Source of the DNA: Eledone cirrhosa
Taxonomy: Eukaryota
NCBI GenBank assembly: GCA_964016885.1
Contig: OZ024762.1
Span: forward strand, 11,222,001 to 11,286,000
Direction: 5' to 3'
Length of the DNA: 64,000 nt
The notes under the pieces are model-generated. The model saw only the letters and a list, made by a program, of their open reading frames with translations. It ran no database searches and had not been told where the DNA came from. A program made the translations under genes and the position numbers. Below are positions 23,679-36,958 of the stretch, one piece after another; positions within the stretch are counted from its first letter, which is position 1; each line of letters begins with the position of its first letter.

Positions 23679-25742
23679 CGGCTGGATCCCGAATCCTTCA
23701 TATATATATATATATATATATATATAGACTAGCAGTGGTATCGATCTGCTCCTTAGACTGGTGATGCAACAAAAGATATATTTTTGTTGTTGTATATGGG
23801 CCTAGAAGGTTTAAATATAGGTATCTGTCCTATAGTTTTGTGTGTGGGCATTTGGGTGTATTTTGGTGTAATTGGTGGGGTGGCATGGCGGGTGTGTATT
23901 CACACCGAGACTACTTTGAATACTAAACATAACTATATATTACAGAGTGAACAGTATATGTATAAGATATTTTATTGATATTTTATTGTTATTCTAAGTA
24001 TAAATTTCACAGAAATTATGGCAATAAAGAATATTTTATTATACATATGACTAATGGATTGATATATATGATTACACTTCAAAACAATTTTCAAGAAGTG
24101 TGAAATATGAATAGAAAATGTTCATTTTATTCACAGAAGTCACACAAAATGTTGTGTAAGCCAAGTTGATAGCGAGTGCAAGCCTCGTGGTACCAGTTTC
24201 TACATGTATGGCCACTATCCCTGAGTCCCAGTAAATAAATGGTTTGGTTGTAAAAATAGCAGCCAAATTCAGGGTGAAGGGTAAAAGTGGCCATCGAAAT
24301 AGACTTAACACGTGCTAGAAATAGCAGCTGTATTCAGGACGAAAGGTAAAAAAAAGTGGACATCGAAGTGGTTTTTAGTCATGGTAGAAATAGCCACCAA
24401 ATTCAGGATGACATGGATAGTGGATGTTCGGCCATATGTAACCCAGTTCTTCTTTTTGGCTAAATACATTCGATGTTCAGAGAGTGGGATTGGCTCCATG
24501 CAAATCTTTCCTCACTTAAAAAAGCTTCAAGCACAGGCATCACTTGATATGTGACATTGTTTGTGATGCATGGTATTGCTGGCCATAGGCAAGTCCCTAG
24601 CAAGACTAAAAAGCCACGTCCGTGATGCTCATGTATTAAGCGATAGCCTTACTCGGAATCGAATTTCAGACATCATCATCATGTATGTATGTATGTATGT
24701 ATGTATGTATGTAGTATGTATGTATGTAGTATGTATGTATGTATGTTTAACCGCGCGATCAGGTATCCAGCCCGATTATATATATACACATATACATATA
24801 CATAGATACATAGATACATATATATATATATATATACACACATATGTACATTTGCATAGCCATATTTACACATTTTTGGAATGTCGTTGACTCTTATGAG
24901 TTCTTCCACCCTTTCTCAAGTTTTGTTGTTTTTTTTTTTGTCCTGCAGAGTGTCCAAAATATATATATACAAACATATATAATTTAAGTGAGATCAATAC
25001 GAGTAAAGGACCCCTAGCCTTTGCCAGGGCATTTTTCTAGGAGAAGGCAACTCAGGAAACTGGGATAACTCCGATATAAAACCTGCGCCTCAGCAGTTAG
25101 CGATGATGTTGATCTTTTCTTCTTTTCAGGTTATAGCTACTGTCGCTCAGAGAGTGGGATTGGCTCAGTGCACAGTCTTTCCTCACTTTAAAAACATCTT
25201 CATGCACAGGCATTGCACAATAGCATTAATTGATAATTATTAATGAGCGGTGGATTGGCAGTATCGGTAGAGGGTCGGACGCCATGCTTTCCAGCATAGT
25301 TACGTCCCTTTACGATCTGAGTTCAAATCCCGCCGAGGTTGACTTTGCCTTTCATCCTTACGGGGTCGATAAAATAAAGTACCAGTAATGCACTGGTAAT
25401 TGCTGGCCTTGTGCCTAAAGTAGAAACAATTAATTGATAATTATTAATCATGTTATATCGTGCAATGGCCATACTCGATAACGAGGGGCAGCCATGATGT
25501 TATCTGTGTGTATGTCGTCGGGACACTCTTGAGTGCTACTGGTAACATGTAACCCAGTGCAACCTGTCGCATGGTCGGGTCGTCGGCGACTAAACCGGTA
25601 ACCCCGCCAAGTTGACTTGGTGAGAAGGGTGATTTGGGACACCCTGCAGGACAAAAACAAAACCTGACAAAGGGCGGAAGAACTCATAAGATTCAACCGC
25701 CATCTAAAAATGTGTATATATGTATATATATGTATATATGTG

Positions 25743-25816
<74 letters not shown>

Positions 25817-26395
25817 AAGTGTTAAAACGATCAAATTTTAGTTTAGAACATTTATTAGCTGACAATTGTCTGAGGGAAGTCTGGAAACATCGGAGCATAA
25901 GTAATGTCGAAAACGTGTAACTAGAATCCTAGTCATTTAGAACATTTAGGGTACATAGTTGTTATTAGTGTTAAAGGCATCATGTGGAGATTCAGGAGTT
26001 AAAAAGATGTTCCGCTTGAAATAACACAATTACAGGTAGCAGTGGTTGAATGTGTAATAGGTATAAGTAAAAGCAAAAAGCACAAGCAAAAAAAATCACA
26101 AGCAAAAAAAAGAATTTATAGGCAAGGACAATTGGTGCTCAATGCAGGGGTCAATAGAGTCAATAATGCATGTATGAGAAAAGAGTTATACTGCAGTTGA
26201 AATAAACATATTTTGTGTGGGGTGTTGAGGCATGTTATAATTGTTTAAGATAGTGTGCAATTTGTTAGAGAGGCATGTGTTGATAATGTAGGTATTTTTT
26301 ATGTAAGGTGTAATGTAAAGCACTAGATAGAGTTCGGTATGTGATGATCATTTAAGTGTTTTTGTGATGTAGTTCGTATTTATGTGCATGTGTTG

Positions 26396-26441
<46 letters not shown>

Positions 26442-26446
<5 letters not shown>

Positions 26447-26628
26447 AACCAGTAAGACCCCGACAGCTGAGCTCAAGCCGTTTCGACGGCTAATTCAGAA
26501 TTAGCCGTCGAAACGGCTTGAGCTCAGCTGTCGGGGTCTTACTGGTTCCTATTACCCACTCTACTACCTCAAGTATTGAGTACTTTGGTGCGTTATGGTC
26601 CACCTGGTTCCTTACCACATTTCCTTCG

Positions 26629-26632
<4 letters not shown>
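26442..26632. mobile_element. Palindromic insert in (TA)n: perfect 55-bp arms (26442-26552) plus 80-bp tail; second copy at 57697-57890
   Basis: Exact reverse-complement arms around A26497. The tail ttacccactctac...gtgcgttatggtcca...ccttcgtta is shared by both copies. Confidence 0.85.
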
Positions 26633-26673
<41 letters not shown>

Positions 26674-26775
26674 AAAGTTTTATTTAAAATGTTGGGTTAC
26701 AACGAGTAAATATTTTATAACTGATATAAAAGCACTCAACAGGTCAAATTTATTTATAAAACTGTCTATATATTG

Positions 26776-26840
26776 TATTTTGTCTGAAGAGGGCATACCA
26801 TATTTTAATATGATATCCCTGAAATATATATAAAAAAATA
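26776..26840 (+). ncRNA. Minimal type-I hammerhead ribozyme motif
   Basis: tattttgt CTGAAGA gggcataccatattttaatatgatatccct GAAA tatata TA aaaaaata; one stem I mismatch. Confidence 0.6.
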
Positions 26841-26958
26841 TATATAATGAAATAAATATGGTTTTATAAATGTAATTTCCATTTGTTTAATATCGTATAT
26901 ATATATATATATAGTGACGAAACATAAGTCAATTGCATGAACTCATAATCCTTTATTT

Positions 26959-27014
26959 ACTGCTATATATATTTCGATGATAGCCATTGAATGGCTATGA
27001 CCTCATCAGGCAGT
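26959..27014 (-). ncRNA. Minimal type-I hammerhead ribozyme motif
   Basis: acugc CUGAUGA gguc-auagccau-uca-auggcuau-cauc GAAA uauaua UA gcagu; perfect stem I, palindromic stem III. Confidence 0.78.
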
Positions 27015-27811
27015 TAGTCAGTTCTTAGATATGCCAGCTCTGTGTGTATAGTGTTGATGGTATCAGAGCCTTGGGACATATATATATATATATATATTAA
27101 AATAACAGATTAAAGTTTAAGCAAAGAATAAATATTTGCTATATATTTATTCTTATCGAGCCCTCTTTGGATTTTAGTCTTCACATTTATTATTATTATT
27201 ATATATATATATGTGCGTGCGTGCGTGCGTGCGCGTGTGCGCGCGCGCGTGTGTGTGTATAACATACCTGATAGGAGGTATTGATTTCTTGTGCGTTTTG
27301 TAATCTGACAATTGTGACTTGATAACCATGTATTATGTCATCTCAAGTGTCGCTGCTATGTCAGGTACAGCGATGTACTTTACAAGCGATGTACTTTACC
27401 TGACTCAGAAATGTGATGAGTAACACTTCTAGTAGGTCATCATGCACAAATTGTAGGGCTTACCGTATTGTGTGAAGCTTTACTTACACTGCTCTTCGTT
27501 GGTAAAGGCTTTCATTTTCGTGAAGATCTTGTGTGTGGCTGAAAGTACTGATGGTGGTATATTTCCAGTTATGCTGTCTACGAATGTAATGCCTAACGAT
27601 ATTTGGAGTTGTTTACCATACTGATTGAAATGGTGAAGGCATCACATTTATCTAGATATAAATTTGAACGACTTCCGTTCGTCCGTCTGTCACACAATAT
27701 GTGGATGTGCATATTCGGGTTTGGGTGAATGTATGTGTGTGTAAAAGGAAGGAAGGGGATGGTGAAAAAACTGAAGCAAAACAGCGGCTGGCGTTCCATT
27801 TGCTACGCTGG

Positions 27812-27908
<97 letters not shown>

Positions 27909-28103
27909 TGTGTAATTGTTGGAGTCATCATGGTGATAAAGGCACAACAATTCACTCACATATAATTATGGTTACTTTCCCATCCCTTTTGAAAATTATC
28001 ATATTAATTTCAACAAAGTGAAAGGGCTGGGCAAACGAACCTTTGCCAGAGCAAAAGATAACAATATCGCGAGGAGCACTGATAAAACCTCTCAAATAAC
28101 TTT

Positions 28104-28380
28104 TTAGGCAAGCCAGCACACTGCAGCATTACCTCGGGTGATGGCGATGCTGATTCGCTGGAACAGCCAAACGCCCTCGTGAGTATCACTAGTTAATTCG
28201 GTCAGGCAAGCCGTCAGTGAAGACAAAAACCACGCAGTTAGCAGCCTGACTCCCTCAAACGTCTCGAACGCCACAGCCTGGAAAATGTAGTTAGATGACA
28301 GATCACGGTATGTCAGGATTTTGTTCCGCTCGGCTGCGGAAGATGTAGCTCTCGCCCTAACCGCAGCATCCAGGATGTGG
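28104..28380 (-). mobile_element. CRE-clade non-LTR retrotransposon C-terminal fragment
   Basis: AAERNKILTYRDL..YIFQAVAFETF...WLFQRISIAITRGNA is the typical CRE RLE C-terminus. Confidence 0.7.
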
Positions 28381-28983
28381 GAAGAAATAATTGATACTAT
28401 ATGGACTTTTTTCAACTTATATTACGATAAATACTGCAGGTATTATGTATTACGTATTATGGCAAATACTTTATACTTACATTATATCTGGTGGATTGGC
28501 AGTATCGGTAGAGGGTCTGACGCCATGCTTTGCAGCAAAGAATTACGGCCCTTTATGGTCTGAATTCAAATCCCGCCGAGGTTAACTTTACCTTTCATCC
28601 TTACGGGGTCGATAAAATAAAGTACCAGTAATACACTGATATAATTACTGGCCTTGTGCCAAAAGTAGAAACAATTATATCTTATTTCTACTTTTAATTT
28701 TAAATATCGTATTTCATTTGTAATTTCTAATAATCACGTATTCGTGTTTTGGGACACCGAGATGAGAGAACCAGACAACAGAGTCATGTGATAGAAAAGG
28801 AAAATGGCCGTAGCAAAAGTAGTGAACAACTAACTCAATAAAATTCAATACATAGGTAAATTATAATTTTTAATCAAAAAATATTGTATCTTGCGTTAGA
28901 AATCAGTCTCATCAGCAATTTTCCCTTCAGGACTGGTGAGTATAAAAAAATCCTTCATTTAAATTGACCTTTGACTTCAAGTA

Positions 28984-29074
28984 TTAGCATGTCTTCAGAT
29001 GACTTGACCTCAGTATTAGTCTGTCTGTAAGTGGGGAATTGTTCTTTAAAGTTTTCCGTTCGTTCAGAAGAGAA
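28984..29074 (-). CDS. TTC38: TTC38 exon 14 (SLLNERKTLKNNSPLTDRLILRSSHLKTC*)
   Basis: ttttttcag acceptor; TAA stop. Confidence 0.88.
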
Positions 29075-29307
29075 CTGAAAAAAAGAAAAGCACAACATAA
29101 CAGCTTTCATAAACATACACATGTGTATATCAGAGTTTTTAAGATAACTCAAATCTATCCCTTCATGTCATAAGAAGTGACTGAAACAATCGCCATCACA
29201 AACGACAATTTCACACACATCCATACACACAAATATATATATATACATACACACAAATATATATATATTGCAAGCAAGGAAAAGCGGACGTAAAATGATG
29301 ATGATGA

Positions 29308-29351
<44 letters not shown>

Positions 29352-29513
29352 GGAAACTCTGCTTCGTAGAATCGAGACGTATCTGAGGACCTTGCGATTT
29401 CAGAGTCAGGTTCGATCATTACATCGATCGTGCCTCAAGCTGGTCGCCAAAGAAACAATTGTAATATGTCTAACAAATTTTATTCATCGCAACACTGAGT
29501 CTCCGTTTCTTAT

Positions 29514-29558
<45 letters not shown>

Positions 29559-29719
29559 GTACTCTGAAGTGTTGATCAGAGGTAAATAATGTATTGGAGA
29601 TCGAGTGACGCAACTTCAAGCGATTAGCGACCTCTACACTTACCTGATCAATGAAACAATTGTCAGTACTTGAAATAAATCCCCTTACTGTACAGCCAAC
29701 CATGTTACTCTTTATTCTT

Positions 29720-29789
<70 letters not shown>

Positions 29790-29974
29790 ATAACAAGGTA
29801 TCGTTTAAGGTAATCCAGAATTCCGATGATTTGATGTGGCACACACTGTAATTAAGGTCGAGTGACGTAATTTCTAGCGACCAGCGGACTTTAGATTCAC
29901 CTGATTAATGAAACAATTGTTAATACTGTAAATAAACCCTTCTTGTACAGCCGACCATGTTATTCTTTATTCTT

Positions 29975-30020
<46 letters not shown>

Positions 30021-32953
30021 TCACTACCTCCTTACGGACAACTGACGCTGCACACCGAGTCCGAACACTGAAGAGCCGAACTCCCACTGTCATCGCCTCC
30101 ATCTCTCTCGCCCTCCCCATCTCTCTGTATTATGAGCAAATGGGCTCCCACGTGCTGGCCGCCTCACGGCCCCGGCGAACAGAATGGAGAAGGCGTTACC
30201 CCGGAAGATGATAAGGGAGATGCACTGGAAGAGCCATTTCATATCGCGTGGCTCACACCTGCGGCTAGCCAGCTCAGTGCCTATGGTGGTGAGTAGGGAG
30301 GTAGCACTCTGGACTCACGCAGGACCCATCCGTCTGTAAGGACCCAAATGTAAGTGTAGAAATAAGTTTACCTAGCCAGTTTTTGGTGCTGTTCTTTGGG
30401 TGATTTCATGGCAGCAACTATTAACAACAAATTCAGAACATCTCTCTACAAGTGAAATAGATAAATACTCGTGTATAAGGTTATATTTCTTAGAAAGTGA
30501 AATAGATAAATACTCGTATATAAGGTGATATTTCTCTGCAAGTGAAATAGATAAATACTCATGTGTAAGGTTATATTTCTTAGCAAGTGAAATAGATAAA
30601 TACTCGTATATAAGGTGATATTTCTCTGCAAGTGAAATAGATAAATACTCGTGTGTAAGGTTATATTTCTTAGCAAGTGAAATAGATAAATACTCGTATA
30701 TAAGGTAATATTTCTCTGCAAGTGAAATAAATAAATACTCGTGTATAAGCATTTATTTCTTAACAAGCGAAATAGATAAATACTCGTTTATAAGGTAATA
30801 TTTCTCTGCAGGTGAAATAGATAAATACTCGTGTATAAGGTTATATTTCTTAGCAAGTGAAATAGATAAATACTCGTGTATATGGTTATATTTCTTAGCA
30901 AGTGAAATAGATAAATACTCGTATATAAGGTAATATTTCTCTGCAAGTGAAATAGATAAATACTCGTATATAAGGTGATATTTCTCTGCAAGTTAAACAG
31001 ATAAATACTCGTGTATAAGGTTATATTTATGTCAGGAATCATGATAAAATGCACCTTCTACAGCCTGTAAAGTAGTGGTGCTTATACCATGATAAATTGC
31101 ACCCAGTCCACACTGTAAACTGATAATACTGGTACCATGATAAAAATGCAACTAGTTCACAATGTAAAGTGGTAGTACTGGTACCACAATAAAATGTACC
31201 CAGTACGTACCATGAAATGTTTGGTGTTAGGAAGAGCATCGAGCCACTGAACCTATGCCAAAGTGCAATATATGACCGAGACAGTCCTGTGTCCTGTCTA
31301 GCATCACAATGTGACATCCCATCTAACACATGTAGGAAGTGGGATATATGACCGAGACAGTCCTGTGTCCTGTCTAGCATCACAATGTGACATCCCATCT
31401 AACACATGTAGGAAGTGGGATATATGACCGAGACAGTCCTGTGTCCTGTCTAGCATCACAATGTGACATCCCATCTAACACATGTAGGAAGTGGGATATA
31501 TGACCGAGAAAGTCCTGTGTCCTGTCTAGCCTCACAATGTGACATCCCATCTAACACATGTAGGAGGTAGGATATATGACCGAGACAGTCCTGTGTCCTG
31601 TCTAGCATCACAATGTGACATCCCATCTAACACATGTAGGAAGTGGGATATATGACCGAGAAAGTCCTGTGTCCTGTCTAGCATCACAATGTGACATCCC
31701 ATCTAACACATGTAGGAAGTGGGATATATGACCGAGACAGTCCTGTGTCCTGTCTAGCCTCACAATGTGACATCCCATCTAACACATGTAGGAGGTAGGA
31801 TATATGACCGAGACAGTCCTGTGTCCTGTCTAGCATCACAATGTGACATCCCATCTAACACATGTAGGAAGTGGGATATATGACCGAGACAGTCCTGTGT
31901 CCTGTCTAGCATCACAATGTGACATCCCATCTAACACATGTAGGAAGTGGGATATATGACCGAGACAGTCCTGTGTCCTGTCTAGCATCACAATGTGACA
32001 TCCCATCTAACACATGTAGGAAGTGGGATATATGACCGAGACAGTCCTGTGTCCTGTCTAGCATCACAATGTGACATCCCATCTAACACATGTAGGAAGT
32101 GGGATATATGACCGAGACAGTCCTGTGTCCTGTCTAGCATCACAATGTGACATCCCATCTAACACATGTAGGAAGTGGGATATATGACCGAGACAGTCCT
32201 GTGTCCTGTCTAGCCTCACAATGTGACATCCCATCTAACACATGTAGGAGGTAGGATATATGACCGAGACAGTCCTGTGTCCTGTCTAGCATCACAATGT
32301 GACATCCCATCTAACACATGTAGGAAGTGGGATATATGACCGAGAAAGTCCTGTGTCCTGTCTAGCCTCACAATGTGACATCCCATCTAACACATGTAGG
32401 AGGTAGGATGTATGACCGAGACAGTCCTGTGTCCTGTCTAGCATCACAATGTGACATCCCATCTAACACATGTAGGAAGTGGGATATATGACCGAGACAG
32501 TCCTGTGTCCTGTCTAGCATCACAATGTGACATCCCATCTAACACATGTAGGAAGTGGGATATATGACCGAGACAGTCCTGTGTCCTGTCTAGCCTCACA
32601 ATGTGACATCCCATCTAACACATGTAGGAGGTAGGATGTATGACCGAGACAGTCCTGTGTCCTGTCTAGCATCACAATGTGACATCCCATCTAACACATC
32701 TGAGGATGTGAGGAGTGGAATACAAACGTAAAAAAGGTTATGACGAACATAAAAACTTTTTTTTTTTTTTTAGATGAGTTAGTCAGCTGACCTGGGCATT
32801 ACTTCCTCCAACATGATGCAATTGGTATCGAACCGACATCAATAGATCCACAGTATCTACATAGTCACCATCTTTATAGGCTATCAAAGCTTCACAAACA
32901 GTTCTACCAACTTCTTGGACAACTTTCTGGAAATGTTTACCTTTGGGACTGAA

Positions 32954-33009
<56 letters not shown>

Positions 33010-34856
33010 GAGAGTGCAGGAGCAAAAGAGGGAGAAAATTAACCGATACCAGGACTTAAAGTGGGAGGTAAAAAGGATTTGGAACTGCCATGAAGTCAAA
33101 GTGGTCCCGATTGTCATAGGCGCACTAGGGACTATCTCAAAAAGTTTCCGGGGATGGTTAAATAAAATTGGCCCCGCCCCGCTTTTTGGAACACTTCAAA
33201 AGGCATGCTTGCTGGGAACAGCAAGAACCCTCCGATACGTCCTAAATATCTGAGGCTGCAGGTAGTGGCTTGATATTCATTTCAACAAACTTTCCAGTTA
33301 ACTAACATCAATGACTGAGACTCAAAGAACAATAATAATAATAATTTTTTTTTTTTTTTAAATTATAATCAGTATGCTGTATTAACTGGCTTACCAATGC
33401 ACGCTGTGAATTTATTTGCCCTAGGTGTCAGGAAGACACTCGGCATATATCTCAGAAACAATAATTGTTTCTACTTTAGGCACAAGGCCAGCAATTACCC
33501 AGTACATTACTGGTACTTTATTTTATCGACCCCGTAAGGATGAAAGGCAAAGTTAACCTCGGCGGGATTTGAACTCAGACTGTAAAGGGACGTAACTATG
33601 CTGGAAAGCATGGTGTCCGACTCTCTACTGATACTGCCAATCTACCGATATCTCAGAAACAATAATGAAAGAAAATAATAATAAAAATAATAATAATGGT
33701 TTCTTTATTGGCCACAAGGGCCGACACAAAGAAAAACATTAGAGACAGCACAGAACAGTACACGACGATACAGAGTGGGTTTTGGTCGTGTAAAACAGTT
33801 ATAACAAATCAAAAAAATTCAAACAACACAAAAAATAATAATAATTGTTTCTATTTTTGGCACAAGGCCAGTAATTATCCCAGTGCATTACTGGTACTTT
33901 ATTTTGTCGACCCCGTAAGGATGAAAGGCAAAGTTAGCCTGGGCAGGATTTGAATTTAGACTATAAAGGGGCGTAACTCTATGCTGCATAATAATTTTAT
34001 TTCAAAATTAACAAGAAAACATTAAAGACAGCACAGGACAAAACATTGTGTGTGTGTTTGTGTTGGTGTGATGTGTGTGTGGGGGTGTGTCGGTGTGGGT
34101 CTGCTTGTGTGGGTGTGGGTCAGGCATGGGCTGCCTTTTTCGAGCCGTGGGCCACATAGGGTGTGGCTCATCATAAGACAGACCACACTGCTAGAAAAAA
34201 ATTCAAAGCAATTTTGAAATGAAGCGTGCCATTCAGAAATCCAAACGGGCCACATGTGGCTCACAGCCCGTGACGTGACTGGTATAGGATTTGTGAATAA
34301 ATGAGAGAGATAAAAGTAAGCTTACGTGGTGTTATTGGTCATGGTATCCATAAACTTTTCTACCATTTTCATTTCATCAGCTGCCAGAAGTGACATCAAT
34401 GTATGAATATCTTGAAACATGAACATATGATCATTGATATGTGAAGGACAAACTTCAAAGACAGCTTTCCACTCCTTACTGCAGTCGAAATCTGTAGGAA
34501 GGATAAAAACATGGGTACAAGTCACTCAGTAATTCAACACCCTCTTCTTCTTTTTCTATGCCTACATATTCCTGTATTCCTGAAAGAGTTGAGGGAAGGG
34601 CAGAGTTGTCAAACACTCCCTCCAATGGGTCCTGTTAGAAGCCACTGTCTGTAAGTGGACCGGTGGATCCCCAAGCGTGACCAACTAAGCTCATGGATGT
34701 TATCCAACCATCTTGCTTGAGGTCTACCTCAGAGTCCCCTGTCGGTTGGTTTTGCGCATAAAATCTGTCCAGTGATTCTTTCCTGAGACATTCTAACCAC
34801 ATGCCCATAGTATTAGAGCTGTGATCTAAGAAGAAGAAGAAGAGGAGGAGGATGAG

Positions 34857-34888
<32 letters not shown>

Positions 34889-34963
34889 AGGAGGAGGAGG
34901 TAAAAAGAAGAAGAAGAAGAAGAAGAAGAAGAAGAAGAAGAAGAAAAGGAAGAGGAGGATGAG

Positions 34964-34994
<31 letters not shown>

Positions 34995-36924
34995 AAGAAA
35001 GTGGAGGATGAGGTAAGAATAATAATAATAAGAAGAAGAAGAAGGGAGAGGAAGAAGAAGAGGAGGTGGCAATGAATGGAGAAGTCCAGAAGATTCTATA
35101 ATAGATCTGTGTAGATCTGTGTATTAACTAACCTTCCAACTGAAGACGGTATAGCAGAGAAGCTGAATCTCTGGTGCCACCAAATTTTGTCACATTTGGG
35201 TGAATCTGTTAAGAAAATATACATCAATATATTAAAATTAAAAAAAAATTAAAAATTAAAAAAAATGTTCACTCTACATGGCTGAATACAATAAATGTAA
35301 TCTGAGTTTTTCGAATATTAATTTTAACATTCGATTCGTTTGCAATTATGCAAACAAGCCTCGTTTTTAAAGCCATGTCAGTGAAAGGTTCATTCTATTT
35401 TTTATCTCCTTCAGGGCCTAAGTATAGGGCCTCATAACTTAACTAGAAAAGGGCCTCATTTGTCCTAAATCTGGTACTGGCTTCTGTACAGTTTCTGTTA
35501 ACTAAATTTCCATCACAAGTCTTTGGTCAACTTGAAGCTATTGTAGAAAATATTTCCCTAAAGTTCTATGCAGTGGGACTGAACCCACTATGTAGTCGTG
35601 AAGCAAACCCCTTAACTACAGGACTGTGTCTATGAAATAATAAATAATAAATATATTCAGTACTAACCCCTTTTTTGTAAAGGTCCATGGCTGAAGAATA
35701 GTCCCCCTGTAGTAAAAGAAGAAAAGAAAGAAGAAACAGGATGAATTAAAACCAGAATTCATCATCATCATCATTATTGTTATTATTATTATTACAGTTG
35801 CATTATCTTGCTTTATGTTCATACGAGTTATCACCAAGTCACAACCAGTGGCCTCAAGAGACAACAAGGTCCGCCATGTTCAAGAAAGAACATACATACA
35901 CACACATGCATCTTTAGTTGTTTAGACTTGTGATGTACTTATATTGACAGAATCTTCCTTAGTATATGGGCAGTTCCCATTAGTACTATCTTTTGTATTT
36001 CTCCTATACGCGGGTTTCCTGGGATTTGCGATAAGTAATCATTAGACCCCTTACAACCACTGGTATTGTTTTAGTTCTCAATTTCCACATTTTTCCAATT
36101 TCTATCTCCAGGTCCTTATACTTGCTCAATTTTTCAAATGTTTTTATAGATACATACTTGTCTATTGGAACGGACATATCAATTAGCAGGCATACCCTCT
36201 TTTTAAAGTCCTTCAGTATTATATCAGGTCTATTTGCATCTATTTTTCGGTCTGTTTGGATGCTAAAGTTCCACAAAATTGAGATGTGATCTTTTTCAAG
36301 TACGGGAGGTGGTTAATGCTCCCACCAATTCTTTTGATGGGGCAGGTCAAAATGCTTACACATTATCCAATGTATGTATTGTGCAGCTGTCGTGCCTGTT
36401 TAGGTATTCGGTTGGAGCTATAGGACAGCACATTGAAATTATATGATCAATGGTCTCTGGTTGTTTTTTACATACATGGCATAATGGGTTGCATCCATTT
36501 TTTTTTTTTTTTTTTTTTTTTTATTATGTTGGCTTGGTAATTTTTTGTTGGTAGACACTGATCTTGTGCTGATATAATTAGTCCTTCAGTCTCCGATTTC
36601 AGTCCAGAGGATGCCAACCACTGATGGGTTAAAGTTTTGTCAACATCAGGATTGTTAGCTCTTTCTGGGTATTTTCCATACAGAGGCTTTTCTTGCCATT
36701 TCTTAGCCACTTTCTGTACCAGTTCTTTCTTTGCAGTTACTTTTACCTGCCTTGCTTTTTCTGTGTTTTTCATTTCAGCAGTAAATGGAACTTCTGAAAT
36801 TTGTAGTCCATTACTGTATCTTTGTGCATCTTTTGTAATGGAGTATGATCTTTTGATGCTTTTGTGTTTCAAAACGAGTTTGATCATCCAATCATGTGAT
36901 TCCCTTAGATATGTAGATAATCCA

Positions 36925-36958
<34 letters not shown>

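Noticed and set aside
25246-25431. tRNA gene candidates at SINE heads (gagttcaaatccc B-box)
   Set aside because: No cloverleaf; they continue into the SINE body found in about 15 copies.
25866-25925. ctgaggg...cgaaaacgtgta hammerhead-like string; also a half motif gaaacataagtc near 26918
   Set aside because: Core mismatch, unconvincing stems, or truncation by (TA)n.
30125-30200. GC-rich segment reminiscent of an HDV-like ribozyme
   Set aside because: I could not build the nested double pseudoknot by eye; more likely a decayed LINE fragment.
31268-32699. Regular array resembling CRISPR
   Set aside because: No unique spacers, eukaryotic intron, no cas genes.
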